From positions 164 through 64,163 of the forward strand of contig JACOSB010000160.1 of the NCBI GenBank assembly GCA_016179105.1: DNA of 64,000 nt. Reading direction: 5' to 3'. The stretch is from Candidatus Acetothermia bacterium. Its GTDB lineage: Bacteria; Bipolaricaulota; Bipolaricaulia; RBG-16-55-9; DRXL01. Both the position numbers and the translations under genes were made by a program. Of this stretch, positions 37,201 to 46,891 are shown one piece after another. The number at the start of each line of letters is the position of its first letter. Positions within the stretch are counted from its first letter, which is position 1. The notes under the pieces were generated by a model. The model saw nothing but the letters and a program-made list of their open reading frames with translations, was not told the origin of the DNA and did no database searches.

Positions 37201-38517
37201 TTGGTCGCGGGGCGCGCCGTCGAGCGCGGACTCGATCTGGCGTATCTGATTGATGACGAGGTGCCCAGCGTCGTGCGCGGCGATGTCACGCGCGTGCGTC
37301 AGATTTTGCTCAACTTACTGAGCAACGGAATCAAGTTCACTGATCATGGCGAAGTAGTCGTTGAAGTGAAGCGCGGACAAGCTGCCAATGAGTTGCTCTT
37401 CTCGGTGCGCGATACCGGCATCGGCATCTCACCCGAGGGCATGAAGCGGCTCTTCCAGTCTTTTAGTCAAGCCGACTCGTCGACGACGCGCAAATACGGT
37501 GGTACGGGCTTAGGCTTGGCCATCAGCCGAAAACTTGCGGACATGATGGGCGGTACGATGTGGGCCGAGAGCAAGGGTGTGCCGGGCAAAGGGTCTACTT
37601 TCTTCTTCACGATTAAAGCAGAGGTGGCAAAGTCAATTGTGAGTAAATCGGTGCGCAATCTGAGCAGCCTGCAGCCCGAAGTCGAGGGCAAGCGCATTCT
37701 CATTGTGGACGACAACGCGACCAACGGTCGCATCTTGGAAATACAGACGAAGAAGTGGGGCATGACTCCACGAGTGGCAAAATCGCCCAAGCAAGCGCTC
37801 AAGATTGTGAAGACGAAGAAAAAATTTGATCTGGCAATTTTGGATATGCACATGCCCGAGATGGACGGCATGGCGCTCGCGAAAGCGCTGCGAAAATTGC
37901 CCAGTGCCAAGAAATTGCCTTTGATCTTACTCACGTCGTTGGGGCGTCAAGGAACCAAAGAAAAAGTTTCAGCATTTGCAGCGTATCTCACCAAGCCGGT
38001 CAAGCCCTCACAACTCTTTGATGCGCTGGCGAGCGTTTTTGCTGGCGCGAAAACCAAGCAGCGTAAAGCAACTTTATCAAAGATTAAGACAGCGAAACAA
38101 AAATTCGATCCAAAGATTGCCAAGCGGCATCCTTTGCGGATCTTGCTCGCCGAAGACAACGTCGTCAACCAGAAAGTCGCGCTGCGCATTTTGGATCAGA
38201 TGGGCTATCGTGCCGATGTGGCGTCGAATGGTCTGGAAGCGATCGAAGCCGTCGAGCGTCAGCATTATGATGTGATCTTGATGGACGTGCAGATGCCCGA
38301 AATGGATGGGCTTGAAGCGACGCGGCGCATTGTCGCACGCTGGAGTAAAAAGAAGCGTCCGCACATCGTCGCGATGACGGCAAATGCGATGCAGGGCGAC
38401 CGCGAGATGTGCCTCGCTGCGGGCATGAATGATTACATCACCAAGCCCATTCGAGTCGATGAACTAATCGGCGCTCTGAACAACGTCACTCCCCAAAAGA
38501 GGAGAAATAATTTATGA
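31267..38517 (+). CDS. Giant hybrid sensor histidine kinase with 10 tandem GAF domains, a PAS domain, HisKA, HATPase_c and two receiver domains
   Basis: 2416 aa. Ten GAF units are each bounded by L(E/Q)NARLF(D/N)E(T/V)Q linkers. HisKA: [23 protein letters not shown]. HATPase: [15 protein letters not shown]...[13 protein letters not shown]1: [10 protein letters not shown]...[13 protein letters not shown]2: [10 protein letters not shown]...[11 protein letters not shown]. Confidence 0.9.
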   Translation: MADQFENPDSHSNSDELTALRQQAEQYAAQLQIINSIQQGLASKLDIQAIYDLVGDKVCEIFDAHVVQILSYDPAANLMHYPYCNEMGDRHSHDPRLPGGFSGHILQTRQPLMINQNLVARSAELGKTVPLSGDWPKSYLGVPLLVGDEVRGVLTLQILDRENGFNESDLRLLQTLASSMSMALENARLFDEVQNRNDEITDALERETATSDILKVIANSPTYIQPVLDVIAEHSARLCASDDAVIVLVEDNFLRVSAHYGSIPITQVGEGIPLDKETVVGRAILEGGTFQTIHGQNEAAPDYPAGDANAKKFGYRMTFSTPLMRQGKAIGGITIRHIEPKLLSDKQVELVKTFADQAAIAVENVRLFNETKEALEQQTATSEVLRALSSSQTDLKSLLEVIAVNAAKVCGADDAHIYRVEGNMLKEWTHRGPIPGLEAGESLPLNRKSLTGRAIVDRQTIHIHDAAAELNEAEYPISAALQRRWGTRTVLSIPLLRDGEPIGGIAIRRKVVQPFTEKQIELLKSFADQAVIAIENVRLFDETQRLLKDTQQHAAELAIINSVQEGLASKLDFEAIIDLVGDKIREIFDAQSVAIGRYDHVNGLVNYSYVVQKGHRVQWSPSPFAGMSHHMINTRRTLVINENVAQRMKEIGAIFPDEFDLPRSTVYVPLLVGETITGVINIANLDREHAFSESDVRLLQTLANSMSVALENARLFNETQQRNAELAILNSVSEAMSKTLDVKTVTKIVGDKVQSIFASEAVSIRLYDPATNLIQRAYDYDRGYEDLTDTSFPMGQGLTSKIILSGKPLMFGTEQESYSAGSLNVPSQKGDEATQSYLGVPIIVNDKVIGTVSIQSYKQHAYNENHLRLLQTLSSNMGVAIQNARLFEAEKQRAAELAIINSVQAGLASKLDMQAIYDLVGDKIREIFDAQVVTILSYDHTSNLLHFRYSIEKGERQTAEPSPLGKGFASHIFRTREPLLINQDIEKRRAEFGAVVPMGSPAKSYLGVPLIVGDEAKAVITLQNIDRENAFTESDLRLLQTLANSMSVALENARLFDETQRLLKETEQRNAELAVINSVQTALAAELNMQGIYDAVGDKIREIFNQADINIRIYDPKTNLVHYPYAYENGKRIAIDSRPLRETGFNAHVLRTRETLVINENMAQEIVKYGSSIILGTQLEKSAMYVPLVAGDQARGLIEIGDYQREHVFSESDVRLLQTLATAMSVALENARLFDETQRLLKETEQRAAELAIINSVQEGLASKLDMQAIYDLVGDKIREIFDAQAVTIATFDLEKEMGYQRYSIEKGQRFYSEPARYGNIAKQLIATRQPVLYQTRQQLIATGVGVAPGTEPSKSAVYVPLVVGDVVKGAISLQNVDREYAFTESDVRLLQTFANSMSVALENARLFDETQRRAQEMSALIEVGRDISATLDPTTVLERIARHARDLLQVSDCAVFLPDETGQAMKAFVALGPIAAQIKAMTIQFGAGIIGSIWKTGAAEVINDASQDPRGVKIAGTEDKSDEKLMVAPLLSGDKVIGLMSVWRSGGDRFFEDDLIFLMGLARQATIAIQNARLFNEIQARNRDITEALEQQTATSEILRVIASSPTDVQPVLETVARHAVKLCDAVFCGVYRVQNGIVSLGAQYNLTPEVVEELNRVLPAPIESAPSISAEAVRRQTIIHIADIENEPTVPSWTLRVARKLGYKSIVAIPMLREGEVLGAITVARREAGNFTDKQIALLQTFTNQAVIAIENIRLFNEVKNQRQFLEAVIANSPAAIALIGRDAIIRGWNLAAEKLFGYTETEALGRNIDDLIAYREEVRFEALHYTNQALTENRFHIITKRVRRDGSFVDVEISVLPINPANLNEGFVVIYHDITELQRARQEAIAANEAKSAFLATMSHEIRTPMNAVIGMSGLLMDTDLTREQHEYAETIRNSSDTLLTIINDILDFSKIEAGKMELEHQPFDVRECVESALDLVAGRAVERGLDLAYLIDDEVPSVVRGDVTRVRQILLNLLSNGIKFTDHGEVVVEVKRGQAANELLFSVRDTGIGISPEGMKRLFQSFSQADSSTTRKYGGTGLGLAISRKLADMMGGTMWAESKGVPGKGSTFFFTIKAEVAKSIVSKSVRNLSSLQPEVEGKRILIVDDNATNGRILEIQTKKWGMTPRVAKSPKQALKIVKTKKKFDLAILDMHMPEMDGMALAKALRKLPSAKKLPLILLTSLGRQGTKEKVSAFAAYLTKPVKPSQLFDALASVFAGAKTKQRKATLSKIKTAKQKFDPKIAKRHPLRILLAEDNVVNQKVALRILDQMGYRADVASNGLEAIEAVERQHYDVILMDVQMPEMDGLEATRRIVARWSKKKRPHIVAMTANAMQGDREMCLAAGMNDYITKPIRVDELIGALNNVTPQKRRNNL
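31363..35520 (+). repeat. Intragenic array of near-identical ~150-200-nt repeats (GAF linker plus GAF N-terminus) with a ~0.6-kb period
   Basis: gagactcagcgcctgctcaaagagaccgaacagcg...atcatcaacag(c/t)gtgcaag...ctcgatatgcaagcgatttacgatttggtgggcgacaagattcgcgagat recurs at ~32880, 33960, 34440 and 34975 with over 85% identity. Confidence 0.8.
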
Positions 38518-38867
38518 GCGACAGTGCTATAGATTTATCTGTGTTTAACAATCTGAAAGAGATGGTCGGCGAGGATTTTATCGGCGAGCTGATTGATACG
38601 TTTCTTGACGAGGCTCCGCAATTGATTGCTTCGATGCAAAAAGCTCTTCCTAAAAATGATGTTGAGACGTTTCGCCGATCGGCTCATTCGCTTAAATCCA
38701 ACAGCGCGAGTTTTGGCGCGCACGCTTTATCCGACCAAGCCAAGGCGCTAGAAATGCTAGGACGAGCGGGCCAACTAAGCCAAGTCGGGGATAAGCTTGA
38801 GACTCTATCGGCTGAGTACAAAAAAGTAGAAGAAGTCTTGAAGAGATTGCGCCATGACTTCGAATAA
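38514..38867 (+). CDS. Histidine phosphotransfer (Hpt) protein
   Basis: 117 aa. FRRSAHSLKSNSASFGA is the Hpt phospho-His motif. The start overlaps the kinase stop (ATGA). Confidence 0.8.
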   Translation: MSDSAIDLSVFNNLKEMVGEDFIGELIDTFLDEAPQLIASMQKALPKNDVETFRRSAHSLKSNSASFGAHALSDQAKALEMLGRAGQLSQVGDKLETLSAEYKKVEEVLKRLRHDFE

Positions 38868-39909
38868 GATGCACGGGCCGGGACGATTATTAGTCGTCGA
38901 AGACAACAAGGTCAATCGCATTTTGCTTCTGCGCGGGCTGGAGCAACAGGGGCACGTGGTGACGGCTGTTGAAAACGGAAAACAAGCGTTGAAGCTCTTA
39001 CACAGCCAGCCTTTTGACATCGTTTTATTAGATATTGAGATGCCCGAAATGAATGGGTTCCAAGTCTTGGAAACGTGTCTGCAAGACACGCACCTGCGCG
39101 AGATCCCGATTATTATGACGTCGGCGATGGACGAGCTGGACAGCGTCGTCAAGTGCATTGAGATGGGAGCCGAAGACTATCTCACAAAGCCACTTAATAC
39201 AGTCTTGCTCCGGGCGCGAGTCAACGCGAGCCTTGAAAAGAAACGGTTGCGCGATCAGCAGCGCAAGCTCTTTGATACAGTAGCGACCAGCGAAGTCGCT
39301 GAAGAATTGATCAGCAAAGGATTTTCATTGGGCGGCAAACACGTGGACGCTTCGGTCATGTTCACGGACATTCGCTCTTTCACTTCGATTGCCGAATCGC
39401 AAGACCCCTCGGAGACAATGGAGTTGCTCAACACTTACTTTACGTTGATGTTCGAGCCCATCAAAGATCATGGTGGAATCGTCAACCAAATTGTCGGTGA
39501 TGAGATCATGGCCATTTTCGGTGCCCCGATTCCACGAGTCGATCATCGCGAGCAAGCGGTCTTTGCGGCGATCGAGATGCTCGAATTGTTAAAAGGCTTT
39601 AATCAAGAACAAGCGTTGCGCAATAGAGTACAAATTCAGATCGGTGTGGGGATTGCATCGGGTAGAGTTATTGCGGGATACACAGGTACCCAACAGCGCG
39701 CGATTTTCACTTGCATAGGGGATACGGTGAATGTGGCTTCGCGTATACAAGACCATACCAAAATTATTGGCCAGCCTCTTCTCATAAGCGAGAACACTCA
39801 GCAAAGCTTGCCCACGGCGCTTCACACCGAGCTATTGGACTCAATAGTCTTTAAGGGAAAGAGCCAACCCGTCTCAGTCTATAGCGTCAAGACGGAACCG
39901 GCGGATTAA
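38854..39909 (+). CDS. Response regulator with an N-terminal receiver domain and a C-terminal class III nucleotidyl cyclase (adenylate/guanylate cyclase, CHD) domain
   Basis: REC: LLVVEDNKVNR...LLDIEMPEMNG...KPL. Cyclase: VMFTDIRSFTSIAE...IVGDEIMAIFGAP...GIASGRVIAGYTG. It overlaps the Hpt gene by 14 nt. Confidence 0.85.
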   Translation: MTSNKMHGPGRLLVVEDNKVNRILLLRGLEQQGHVVTAVENGKQALKLLHSQPFDIVLLDIEMPEMNGFQVLETCLQDTHLREIPIIMTSAMDELDSVVKCIEMGAEDYLTKPLNTVLLRARVNASLEKKRLRDQQRKLFDTVATSEVAEELISKGFSLGGKHVDASVMFTDIRSFTSIAESQDPSETMELLNTYFTLMFEPIKDHGGIVNQIVGDEIMAIFGAPIPRVDHREQAVFAAIEMLELLKGFNQEQALRNRVQIQIGVGIASGRVIAGYTGTQQRAIFTCIGDTVNVASRIQDHTKIIGQPLLISENTQQSLPTALHTELLDSIVFKGKSQPVSVYSVKTEPAD

Positions 39910-40292
39910 CGCAAACTGACTGGCAAGTCGTGAGCAGAGGAGTGCGTTCCTCGATCGAAGGGTTCTTCGGGGAATTCCTCAAACGTCGCATCAAAGACTT
40001 TGACAAGTATTTCCGCAGTGCCCGCTACAAATTACGACGTGTGAAAGAATGGGTGAGAGTTTTTTTCTTGGTTCCACAAGCACTTTCGTTCAGGCGGTGC
40101 TCCCTTCTCTATTTGAACCGGCCCCTCCGTTGTGGGTCGAAATCACCGCTGGCAAGCGAACCAGAAAGATACATGCCGACAAAATGGTTCCCGAGAATAG
40201 TGCGCACTCCTGATAGTAATAGGTGCAGTATGGTATTGAGGTCGGGGTAAGGCGTAGGCTGAGTAACGCGAGCTGACACTGAGCCTCCCCTG

Positions 40293-41462
40293 CTAAGCTG
40301 CCCTCCTCACCGCGAGCGAAATCCCGTTCCCGCCGCCCATGCAGATCGTCGCGAGCCCTAACTCTGCGCCGCGATCCTTCATCGCCCAGACGAGCGTGCC
40401 GACAATGCGCGCTCCGCTGCAACCAATGGGGTGCCCGAGCGCGATCGCGCCACCGTTCACATTAACACGATCCCAGTCCCACTCCAGCTCCTTGCCATCT
40501 GCAAGCGTCTGTGATGCGAACGCTTCGTTCACTTCAATCAGATCAAACGCATTCACGTTGACCTTCATCTTGGCCATGAGTTTTCTCGTCGACTCAACCG
40601 GAGCATAGAAGAGATCGATCGGTGCGGTGCCTGCGACAGCGTAATCGACGATCGTCGCCAAGGGCTTATAGCCGCGCTTCTTCGCTTCTTCTTTGGAGCA
40701 AATCAAGAGTGCCGCAGCTCCATCATTCAACCCCGGCGCGTTGCCCGCTGTGACCGTGCTCCCATCTTTGAACGCGGGCTTCAGCTTGGCCAACTTTTCG
40801 ATCGTCGTATCCAGGCGCGGCGTCTCGTCTTGCTCGATGGGTCCGTCTTGAGCTTGCAAGGGAATCAGCTCGTTCTTAAATTTCCCATTTTGAATCGCTT
40901 TCACGGCCTTCATGTGGCTCTGATAGGCAAAACGATCCTGCTCCTCGCGCGAGATTTTAGACTTAGTGGCTGTGTACTCGGCGGCATCACCCATGATCTT
41001 CCCATCGAATGACGACCAGAGCCCATCGATTACGATCGAGTCCACTAATTTTTGGTCGCCGTATTTAAGCCCAGAACGAGCACCCTTGAGTAAATAGGGC
41101 GCATTGCTCATGCTCTCCATGCCCGCCGCGATGACTATCTTCGCGTCGCCGGCTTTGATTGCTTGGGCTGCGAGCAAGATCGCTTTCATGCCCGAGCCGC
41201 AAACTTTGTTCACAGTAAGGGCTGGTACAGACGGAGAGATTCCACCTTTGATGCTCGCTTGACGCGCCGGGGCCTGACCGACGCCCGCCTGGACAACGTT
41301 CCCGATTATGACTTCGTCCACTTCGTCGCCCTTTAAGCTATTTCTGTCTTTAATGGCTTTGATCGCCGCTGCGCCCAAATCCGTTGCGCTGAATTGCGCA
41401 AGTTTTCCCTGAAATCGTCCCATCGGCGTGCGCACGGCATCGACAATCACCACTTCAGCCAT
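40293..41462 (-). CDS. Acetyl-CoA C-acetyltransferase (thiolase II)
   Basis: [13 protein letters not shown]..., [11 protein letters not shown] (active-site Cys) and a C-terminal [11 protein letters not shown]...CMGGGNG. Confidence 0.9.
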   Translation of the reverse strand: MAEVVIVDAVRTPMGRFQGKLAQFSATDLGAAAIKAIKDRNSLKGDEVDEVIIGNVVQAGVGQAPARQASIKGGISPSVPALTVNKVCGSGMKAILLAAQAIKAGDAKIVIAAGMESMSNAPYLLKGARSGLKYGDQKLVDSIVIDGLWSSFDGKIMGDAAEYTATKSKISREEQDRFAYQSHMKAVKAIQNGKFKNELIPLQAQDGPIEQDETPRLDTTIEKLAKLKPAFKDGSTVTAGNAPGLNDGAAALLICSKEEAKKRGYKPLATIVDYAVAGTAPIDLFYAPVESTRKLMAKMKVNVNAFDLIEVNEAFASQTLADGKELEWDWDRVNVNGGAIALGHPIGCSGARIVGTLVWAMKDRGAELGLATICMGGGNGISLAVRRAA

Positions 41463-42501
41463 TTCGTTTCACACTCCTTTGTAACTTACGTTTCCCCACG
41501 TTCTTCGCTCGACCATTTTCTGCTAAACTCATCTTCGCTGGCACAGTTTCTAGAACGTTAGAAAGAGTTGAGCACAGTTCGCCGTTCACATAGAGCTCAA
41601 AAACATCAGGGCGCCCGTAGTGCCCAACTGGATCGAACCGAGATCGTTCTTCATACACTTTTTCGAGATCGATCTCCGCATACAAAATGCTTTCATCGTT
41701 CCACAAGGGGCCAGCCAAGAATTTCCCATTGGGTCCAATGATCGCCGTCGTCCCAAACTGCATCTGTTTGCCCTTGTATTTTTCTAAATCTTTGCGCAGC
41801 TCGAAATCTTTCGGGAGGCTATCAATCTTCAAAATAGGCGAGACTGGGATCACGTACATCCGGTTCTCGAACGCGATGTGCTGCATCGCAGCGAGCCAGT
41901 TTTCGGTGTCGTCAGCCGTCGGTGCAACATAAATCTGAACGCCTTGGGCATAGAGCGCATAGCGCGCTAAGGGCATGAAATTTTCCCAACAGATCAAGCC
42001 ACCGATGCGACCCAGCTCGGTCTCATAAACTTTGAGATCGGTCCCGTCGCCGCGGCCCCAGATCATCCGCTCGTGATAGGTTGGCACGAGTTTTCGATGT
42101 GTACCGAAAATCTCTCCCGCTTTGCCGAAATAGATAATCGTATTGTAGAGAGTACCCGAATGCTTTATATCCCGTTCATTCACACCCATGACCACGATCG
42201 CTTTCGCTTTGCGCGCAGCCTGGCCGAGCGCGCGAGTCTCCGATCCGGGGATCTCGACAGAGTTTTTGTAGAGCCGCGCATAGGCTTTCTTTAACGGAGC
42301 ATATTCATAGCCGCCCGAGCAGAATGCAGTCCAAAACGGGTAGATGGGCAAAAACGCTTCGGGAAAGACAATCAGCTCAGCGCCTTCGTCGGCCGCTGCT
42401 TCGATGAGCTTGATCGCTTTCTCCAGCGATGCATCGAGGTCGAGCAAGACCGGCTCGGCCTGAACTGCAGCGACCTTGTACTTGGGAAACTTTAATGACA
42501 T
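41455..42501 (-). CDS. Carbon-nitrogen hydrolase (nitrilase / aliphatic amidase family)
   Basis: VAAVQAEPV...LIVFPEAF (Glu), ...K... and GGLICWENFMP (Cys) form the catalytic triad of the nitrilase superfamily. Confidence 0.8.
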   Translation of the reverse strand: MSLKFPKYKVAAVQAEPVLLDLDASLEKAIKLIEAAADEGAELIVFPEAFLPIYPFWTAFCSGGYEYAPLKKAYARLYKNSVEIPGSETRALGQAARKAKAIVVMGVNERDIKHSGTLYNTIIYFGKAGEIFGTHRKLVPTYHERMIWGRGDGTDLKVYETELGRIGGLICWENFMPLARYALYAQGVQIYVAPTADDTENWLAAMQHIAFENRMYVIPVSPILKIDSLPKDFELRKDLEKYKGKQMQFGTTAIIGPNGKFLAGPLWNDESILYAEIDLEKVYEERSRFDPVGHYGRPDVFELYVNGELCSTLSNVLETVPAKMSLAENGRAKNVGKRKLQRSVKRNG

Positions 42502-42504
42502 CGC

Positions 42505-42942
42505 TCAGCCTTTGGAGTTGATCTCATATTCATAAGAAATCTTGCTCTTCATCGTGGTGGAGACCGTGCAATATTTTTCGAGCGACAGCTCGATCGCTTT
42601 CTTGAACTTCTCTTCGTCGATCTCCTCACCCCAGATGCGATAGATAATTTTCACAGTATCAATGAATGTTGGGTACTCCGTGGTCTTATGTCCGTCCAAA
42701 TCAATCTCCAAGCGATCGAAGCGCACGCGCTGTTTGGTGAGAATCGAGACGACGTCCATACCCGAGCATGACCCTTGCGCAACCAAGAGCAATTCCGTCG
42801 GGCGCGCTCCCGTGTCGTTTCCATGCCCTTCGACGGATGAATCTATCACGACAGAATGTCCACTGCCGCTGGTGCCGAGAAATTGCATGCCACCGGTGTA
42901 CCTCACGACTGCCGTTGCCATGACGCCTCCTTCGAAATTCAA
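42505..42942 (-). CDS. OsmC/Ohr-family peroxiredoxin-like protein
   Basis: ...ARPTELLLVAQGSCSGMDVVSIL...KYCTVS has the OsmC two-Cys signature. Confidence 0.8.
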   Translation of the reverse strand: MNFEGGVMATAVVRYTGGMQFLGTSGSGHSVVIDSSVEGHGNDTGARPTELLLVAQGSCSGMDVVSILTKQRVRFDRLEIDLDGHKTTEYPTFIDTVKIIYRIWGEEIDEEKFKKAIELSLEKYCTVSTTMKSKISYEYEINSKG

Positions 42943-42990
42943 AACTCGAACTCATTGTAACGAGAGGGTTTAGGGGGAACAACAAATATT

Positions 42991-43018
42991 GTAGGGGCGT
43001 AGCATGCTACGCCCCTAC
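42991..43018 (+). repeat. Palindromic element, family A copy 4 (GTAGGGGCGTAGCATGCTACGCCCCTAC)
   Basis: Perfect 11-bp arms around GCATGC, between the OsmC start region and the lactate-oxidase-like gene stop. Confidence 0.8.
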
Positions 43019-43024
43019 GGCAAA

Positions 43025-44035
43025 TTATCTCGGCAACTTCACCAACGACCGATCGATCTCTTTTACGGTCGGACATCCCGCGAGCGCCATCGCGAGATCG
43101 AATTCATCGCGTAAGAGCTCGATCACACGACGTGCGCCGGCTTCGCCATTGACGGCGAGGCCCCAGAGCACCGGGCGACCGAGCAAGACGGCCCGTGCTC
43201 CCAGTGCGAGCGCTTTCAGAATATCCGTCCCACGACGGATGCCGCCGTCGACATAGACTTCGATCTGATGCGCAACAGCTTCGGCAATCTCGGGAAGCAT
43301 CTCGATCCCCGCCGGGACTGTGTCCAGTTGACGCCCACCGTGATTTGAGACGACGATGCCGGCTGCTCCGTGCTCGACGGCGCGTATCGCATCAGCGGCT
43401 CTATGAATTCCCTTGAGCACCATCGGGAGTTTCGTGATCGAGCGCAGCCAGTCGACATCTTTCCAGTTGAGCGAAGCATCAGGACCCATTTGGCCCGCCG
43501 CACCGCCAGCGCCCAAGAGCATAAAATTATTGCGCACGTCGCGCTCGCGCCGTCCCAGCTCGGGAACATCGACGGTGAGACAGATCGCCTTGAAACCAAC
43601 CTTCTCAGCGCGCTGCACCAATTCCTTGCTCATCTCGCGATCCCTAAAATAGAGCTGAAACCAGAGCGGCCCGGTCGCGGCCGCCGCGACTTCTTCGATC
43701 GTGCTGCTCGCGAGCGTGCTCAAGATCATGATTGTGCCCGTCGCTCCGATAGCCCGCGCGGTCGCGACTTCTCCGTCGGGATGAGCCATCTTTTGTAAAG
43801 CCATCGGTGCGACCATCACAGGAAACGAAATTTTTTGGCCGAGCACGGTGGTCGATGTGTCTCGTTTGCTCACATCGACCAAGACCCTGGGCAAAATCTT
43901 GATGTGATCGAACGCCTGGTGGTTCTCGCGCAGAGTGATTTCGTCATTCGCTCCGCCGGCGAAATAGTCATAGGCGGGTTGAGGGAGTTTCTCCCGCGCC
44001 AACGCTTCGTATTCAAATATATTGCTAGGTTCCAT
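43025..44035 (-). CDS. FMN-dependent alpha-hydroxy-acid dehydrogenase/oxidase (L-lactate or glycolate oxidase family)
   Basis: ...VSNHGGRQLD..., LGRPVLWGLA and the TIM-barrel FMN motifs. Confidence 0.85.
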   Translation of the reverse strand: MEPSNIFEYEALAREKLPQPAYDYFAGGANDEITLRENHQAFDHIKILPRVLVDVSKRDTSTTVLGQKISFPVMVAPMALQKMAHPDGEVATARAIGATGTIMILSTLASSTIEEVAAAATGPLWFQLYFRDREMSKELVQRAEKVGFKAICLTVDVPELGRRERDVRNNFMLLGAGGAAGQMGPDASLNWKDVDWLRSITKLPMVLKGIHRAADAIRAVEHGAAGIVVSNHGGRQLDTVPAGIEMLPEIAEAVAHQIEVYVDGGIRRGTDILKALALGARAVLLGRPVLWGLAVNGEAGARRVIELLRDEFDLAMALAGCPTVKEIDRSLVKLPR

Positions 44036-44147
44036 GCTCCAAGACTAGACGATTTACCCTAGCACAGTCAAGCACTCTGCTGGACACATATTGATTACAC
44101 TTTCGCGTCGGTTCAAGCTATAATCAACTGAAGAAAGCGAGATTTTT

Positions 44148-45575
44148 ATGGCAGAAGCGCCGGAGAGCACTCGAACGCTCCCCAAGAATCGTGAAGCCGA
44201 GCAAGTTGTCCTCGGCGCGTTGATGTTCGAGGCCGAGACCGTCGTCCCGTTGTTACAAGCCAAGCTTTTGCCCGACCAGTTCTACTGGCCCCCGCACCGC
44301 ACGATCTATCACGCGATCCTGGACCTCGCGGAGGCCGCCAAACCCGTCGATTTGATCACCGTCGGGAATAGACTTGAAGAACTGGGAAAGCTCGCAGAAG
44401 TCGGCGGACGCGCCTACTTAAGCGAGATCTATAGCAAAGTCACGACGACGACCAGCGTCGATCATTACGCCGATATCATTCGCAAAAAAGCCGTCTTGCG
44501 CGACCTCATCACTGCCGGTCGCGAGATCGCCGAGCTCGGCTTCGACGAAGAGTTAGAGATGACTCAACTGCTCGACGCCGCTGAAGAAAAACTTTTCCGA
44601 ATCTCCAGACTCGAAGTGCAGCAAAACTATTATTTAATTCGCGATTTCATTCACGAGCATCTGAGCCACCTGGAAAAATTGCAAAGAGACGCCTCGCAGC
44701 ACACCGTCACAGGCCATGCGACGGGTTATCAAAAGTTCGATGAGTTGACTTCGGGTCTACAGCCTTCTGACTTGGTCGTCATCGCCGCACGCCCGAGCGT
44801 CGGTAAGACGTCGTTGGCTTTGAGCGTGACTCGCCAGATGGCGCTGCACTATAACAAATGCGTCGGCATCTTCAGTTTGGAGATGACCAAGGAGCAAGTT
44901 TTGGAGCGCTTGCTCTGCGCCGAAGCGCGCATCAACTTACACCGCCTGCGCGGCGGCTATCTGCAAACAGATAGTAAAGCGTGGAGTCAAATTATCAATG
45001 CTGCCGGTAAACTCCAGAACAGCAAAATCATTATTGACGACACGCCAGCGATCTCGATCACCGAATTGAAAGCCAAAGCCCGACGCATGAAGACCGAGCA
45101 CCATCTCGACGCACTCTTCGTTGACTATTTGCAGCTCGTCGAAGCAGTGGGTCGCAGCGATGTGCGCGAACAAGAAGTTGCGTACATCGTGCGCTCGCTC
45201 AAGGGCTTGGCACGCGAGTTGGGTGTCCCGGTGGTGACTCTCTCGCAGCTCTCGCGTGCGCCGGAGCGTGGTGAGGGTCGCGAACCGAGATTATCTGATT
45301 TGCGTGAGAGCGGTGAGATCGAACAGGCTGCTGACGTCGTGATATTCATTCATCGGGAAGAACCCAGAAAAGACAAAGAGGAATCATCTCCAGAAGTTAT
45401 GGAAGACAGAGCGGAGCAGCAAGATTCCTTGAGCGAAGATCTTAAGATCATCATCGGCAAACAACGCAACGGTCCCGCGGCAGTTTCGTTCATCTTGCGA
45501 TTTCTTCGCTCATACGCCAGCTTCGAGGAACCCACGTATCAACCCTTCTCTGCCCGCGACGAGGCACCGTTTTAA
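44148..45575 (+). CDS. dnaB: Replicative DNA helicase DnaB
   Basis: 475 aa with ...AARPSVGKTSLAL (Walker A), ...LFVDYLQL... and SQLSRAPE. No intein is present. Confidence 0.9.
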   Translation: MAEAPESTRTLPKNREAEQVVLGALMFEAETVVPLLQAKLLPDQFYWPPHRTIYHAILDLAEAAKPVDLITVGNRLEELGKLAEVGGRAYLSEIYSKVTTTTSVDHYADIIRKKAVLRDLITAGREIAELGFDEELEMTQLLDAAEEKLFRISRLEVQQNYYLIRDFIHEHLSHLEKLQRDASQHTVTGHATGYQKFDELTSGLQPSDLVVIAARPSVGKTSLALSVTRQMALHYNKCVGIFSLEMTKEQVLERLLCAEARINLHRLRGGYLQTDSKAWSQIINAAGKLQNSKIIIDDTPAISITELKAKARRMKTEHHLDALFVDYLQLVEAVGRSDVREQEVAYIVRSLKGLARELGVPVVTLSQLSRAPERGEGREPRLSDLRESGEIEQAADVVIFIHREEPRKDKEESSPEVMEDRAEQQDSLSEDLKIIIGKQRNGPAAVSFILRFLRSYASFEEPTYQPFSARDEAPF

Positions 45576-45585
45576 CATTTGAACT

Positions 45586-45620
45586 GCCAAGGCACGAAGA
45601 GCGCCCAGAAAAATCTCTCA
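45586..45620 (+). repeat. Family B-related repeat variant (GCCAAGGCACGAAGAGCGCCCAGAAAAATCT)
   Basis: It faces an inverted family B copy at 45631-45665, so the pair forms an imperfect large palindrome between the convergent dnaB and oxidoreductase genes. Confidence 0.55.
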
Positions 45621-45630
45621 AGTTCTTCTT

Positions 45631-45665
45631 AGCGTCCTTGGCGTCTTGGCGGTTAATTTTCAACC
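45631..45665 (-). repeat. Family B dispersed repeat, copy 3, inverted
   Basis: Reverse complement aaaattaaCCGCCAAGaCGCCAAGGaCGCtAAGAAgAA. Confidence 0.6.
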
Positions 45666-46847
45666 TGCAATGCTATACTCGTACTGCCCGCGAATATATT
45701 GTTTTTTCGCAAACCGATCATAATTAAAAAATTTCACATCGGGCACAGCCGACTTCCCTCCAGTGACTAAATCGGCGACCATATCGCCCGTCGCGGGAGC
45801 GAGCTTGAACCCATGCCCACTAAAACCCGCGACAATAAAAAGCCCCTCGGGACCGACTTGGTCGATCACCGGATGCCAGTCGGGCGTGATATCATAGAGC
45901 CCGACCCAGCCGCCTTTGTAGAGCCCGTTCTTCAAGATGGGAACGCGCTTCGCGAGCTTTTCGAGCATCTCGTCTCTAAAGTGTGTATCGACGGCTTCTT
46001 TGTAGCTGTCGGGGTTCGGCGCGCGGTCTTCGGCTTCCTTCGGATCGATCGAGCCGACCAGCGTCTGTCGTCCCTCTTCGGGGCGAAGGTAGATACTGCT
46101 GACAAAGTCCGCGTAGATCGGATGCACTTCTTCTTTCATTTGAGCAGGCCGTTCAACGATGCAGATCTGTGCGCGACACGCGTGAATGGGCAAAGAAATT
46201 CCTAACGGTGCCACGAGCATCGGCGTCCAGGGACCGACGGCTGCAATCACGGTTTGTGTTTCAATTGTGCCCTTGTCGGTTTCTACGCCTAACACTCGAC
46301 TACTGTTCGCTTTGACCGATCTCACAAAAGTTTTCTGAAAGACTTGGACACCCAATCTCTTCGCTGCTTCGCCGTAAGAACTCGTCGTCAGCACAGGGTC
46401 CGCGTGACCCGCTTCGGGTTCATAGGCAGCGTAGAGAAAATCTTCGGTGCACAGATAGGGATCGATCTGCTTGACTTCGTTCGCTGTGATGAGCTGTGTT
46501 TTGATTCCGATGCGCTGTTGCATCGCGACGTTCTGTTTGAGCCTGTCAGCATCGCGCGCATCGACAATGATCATAAAGCCCGTCTTGACATAGCCGCACT
46601 CGCCGCCGACTTTATGGGAAAATTCTTGGAATTCTTTCAGACTGTTGAACGCCATTCTGGCTGTGACTTCGTTCGAATAGTGCTGGCGCAAAATGGCGCT
46701 CGACCGCCCAGTCGGTCCGCCAGCGAGCGTCTCTTTTTCGAGCAAGACAATATTTCTTACTCTGCGCTCGGCCAAGTTGAACGCGATGCTCGCTCCGTTG
46801 ACCCCACCGCCGATGATGACGACATCTGCTGCCCTAGGGAAAGTCAT
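45660..46847 (-). CDS. FAD-dependent oxidoreductase (DadA / sarcosine-oxidase-beta-like glycine/D-amino-acid oxidase family)
   Basis: ADVVIIGGGVNGASIAFNLAER Rossmann GxGxxG motif, 395 aa. Confidence 0.8.
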   Translation of the reverse strand: MTFPRAADVVIIGGGVNGASIAFNLAERRVRNIVLLEKETLAGGPTGRSSAILRQHYSNEVTARMAFNSLKEFQEFSHKVGGECGYVKTGFMIIVDARDADRLKQNVAMQQRIGIKTQLITANEVKQIDPYLCTEDFLYAAYEPEAGHADPVLTTSSYGEAAKRLGVQVFQKTFVRSVKANSSRVLGVETDKGTIETQTVIAAVGPWTPMLVAPLGISLPIHACRAQICIVERPAQMKEEVHPIYADFVSSIYLRPEEGRQTLVGSIDPKEAEDRAPNPDSYKEAVDTHFRDEMLEKLAKRVPILKNGLYKGGWVGLYDITPDWHPVIDQVGPEGLFIVAGFSGHGFKLAPATGDMVADLVTGGKSAVPDVKFFNYDRFAKKQYIRGQYEYSIAG

Positions 46848-46891
46848 CCGTTCGCCCTTTCTCGTTTTTTTACCTTTTCGACTCGACTCAC

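Noticed and set aside
31978-38383. Numerous 60-180-aa ORFs on the minus strand (and alternate plus frames) inside the giant kinase gene
   Set aside because: They are antisense or out-of-frame to a 7.2-kb ORF with continuous, coherent domain architecture. They are typical spurious ORFs in GC-rich coding DNA.
39930-40250. 106-aa plus-strand ORF after the cyclase gene
   Set aside because: No RBS or recognisable motif, and composition is atypical. Left unannotated, though a small gene cannot be excluded.
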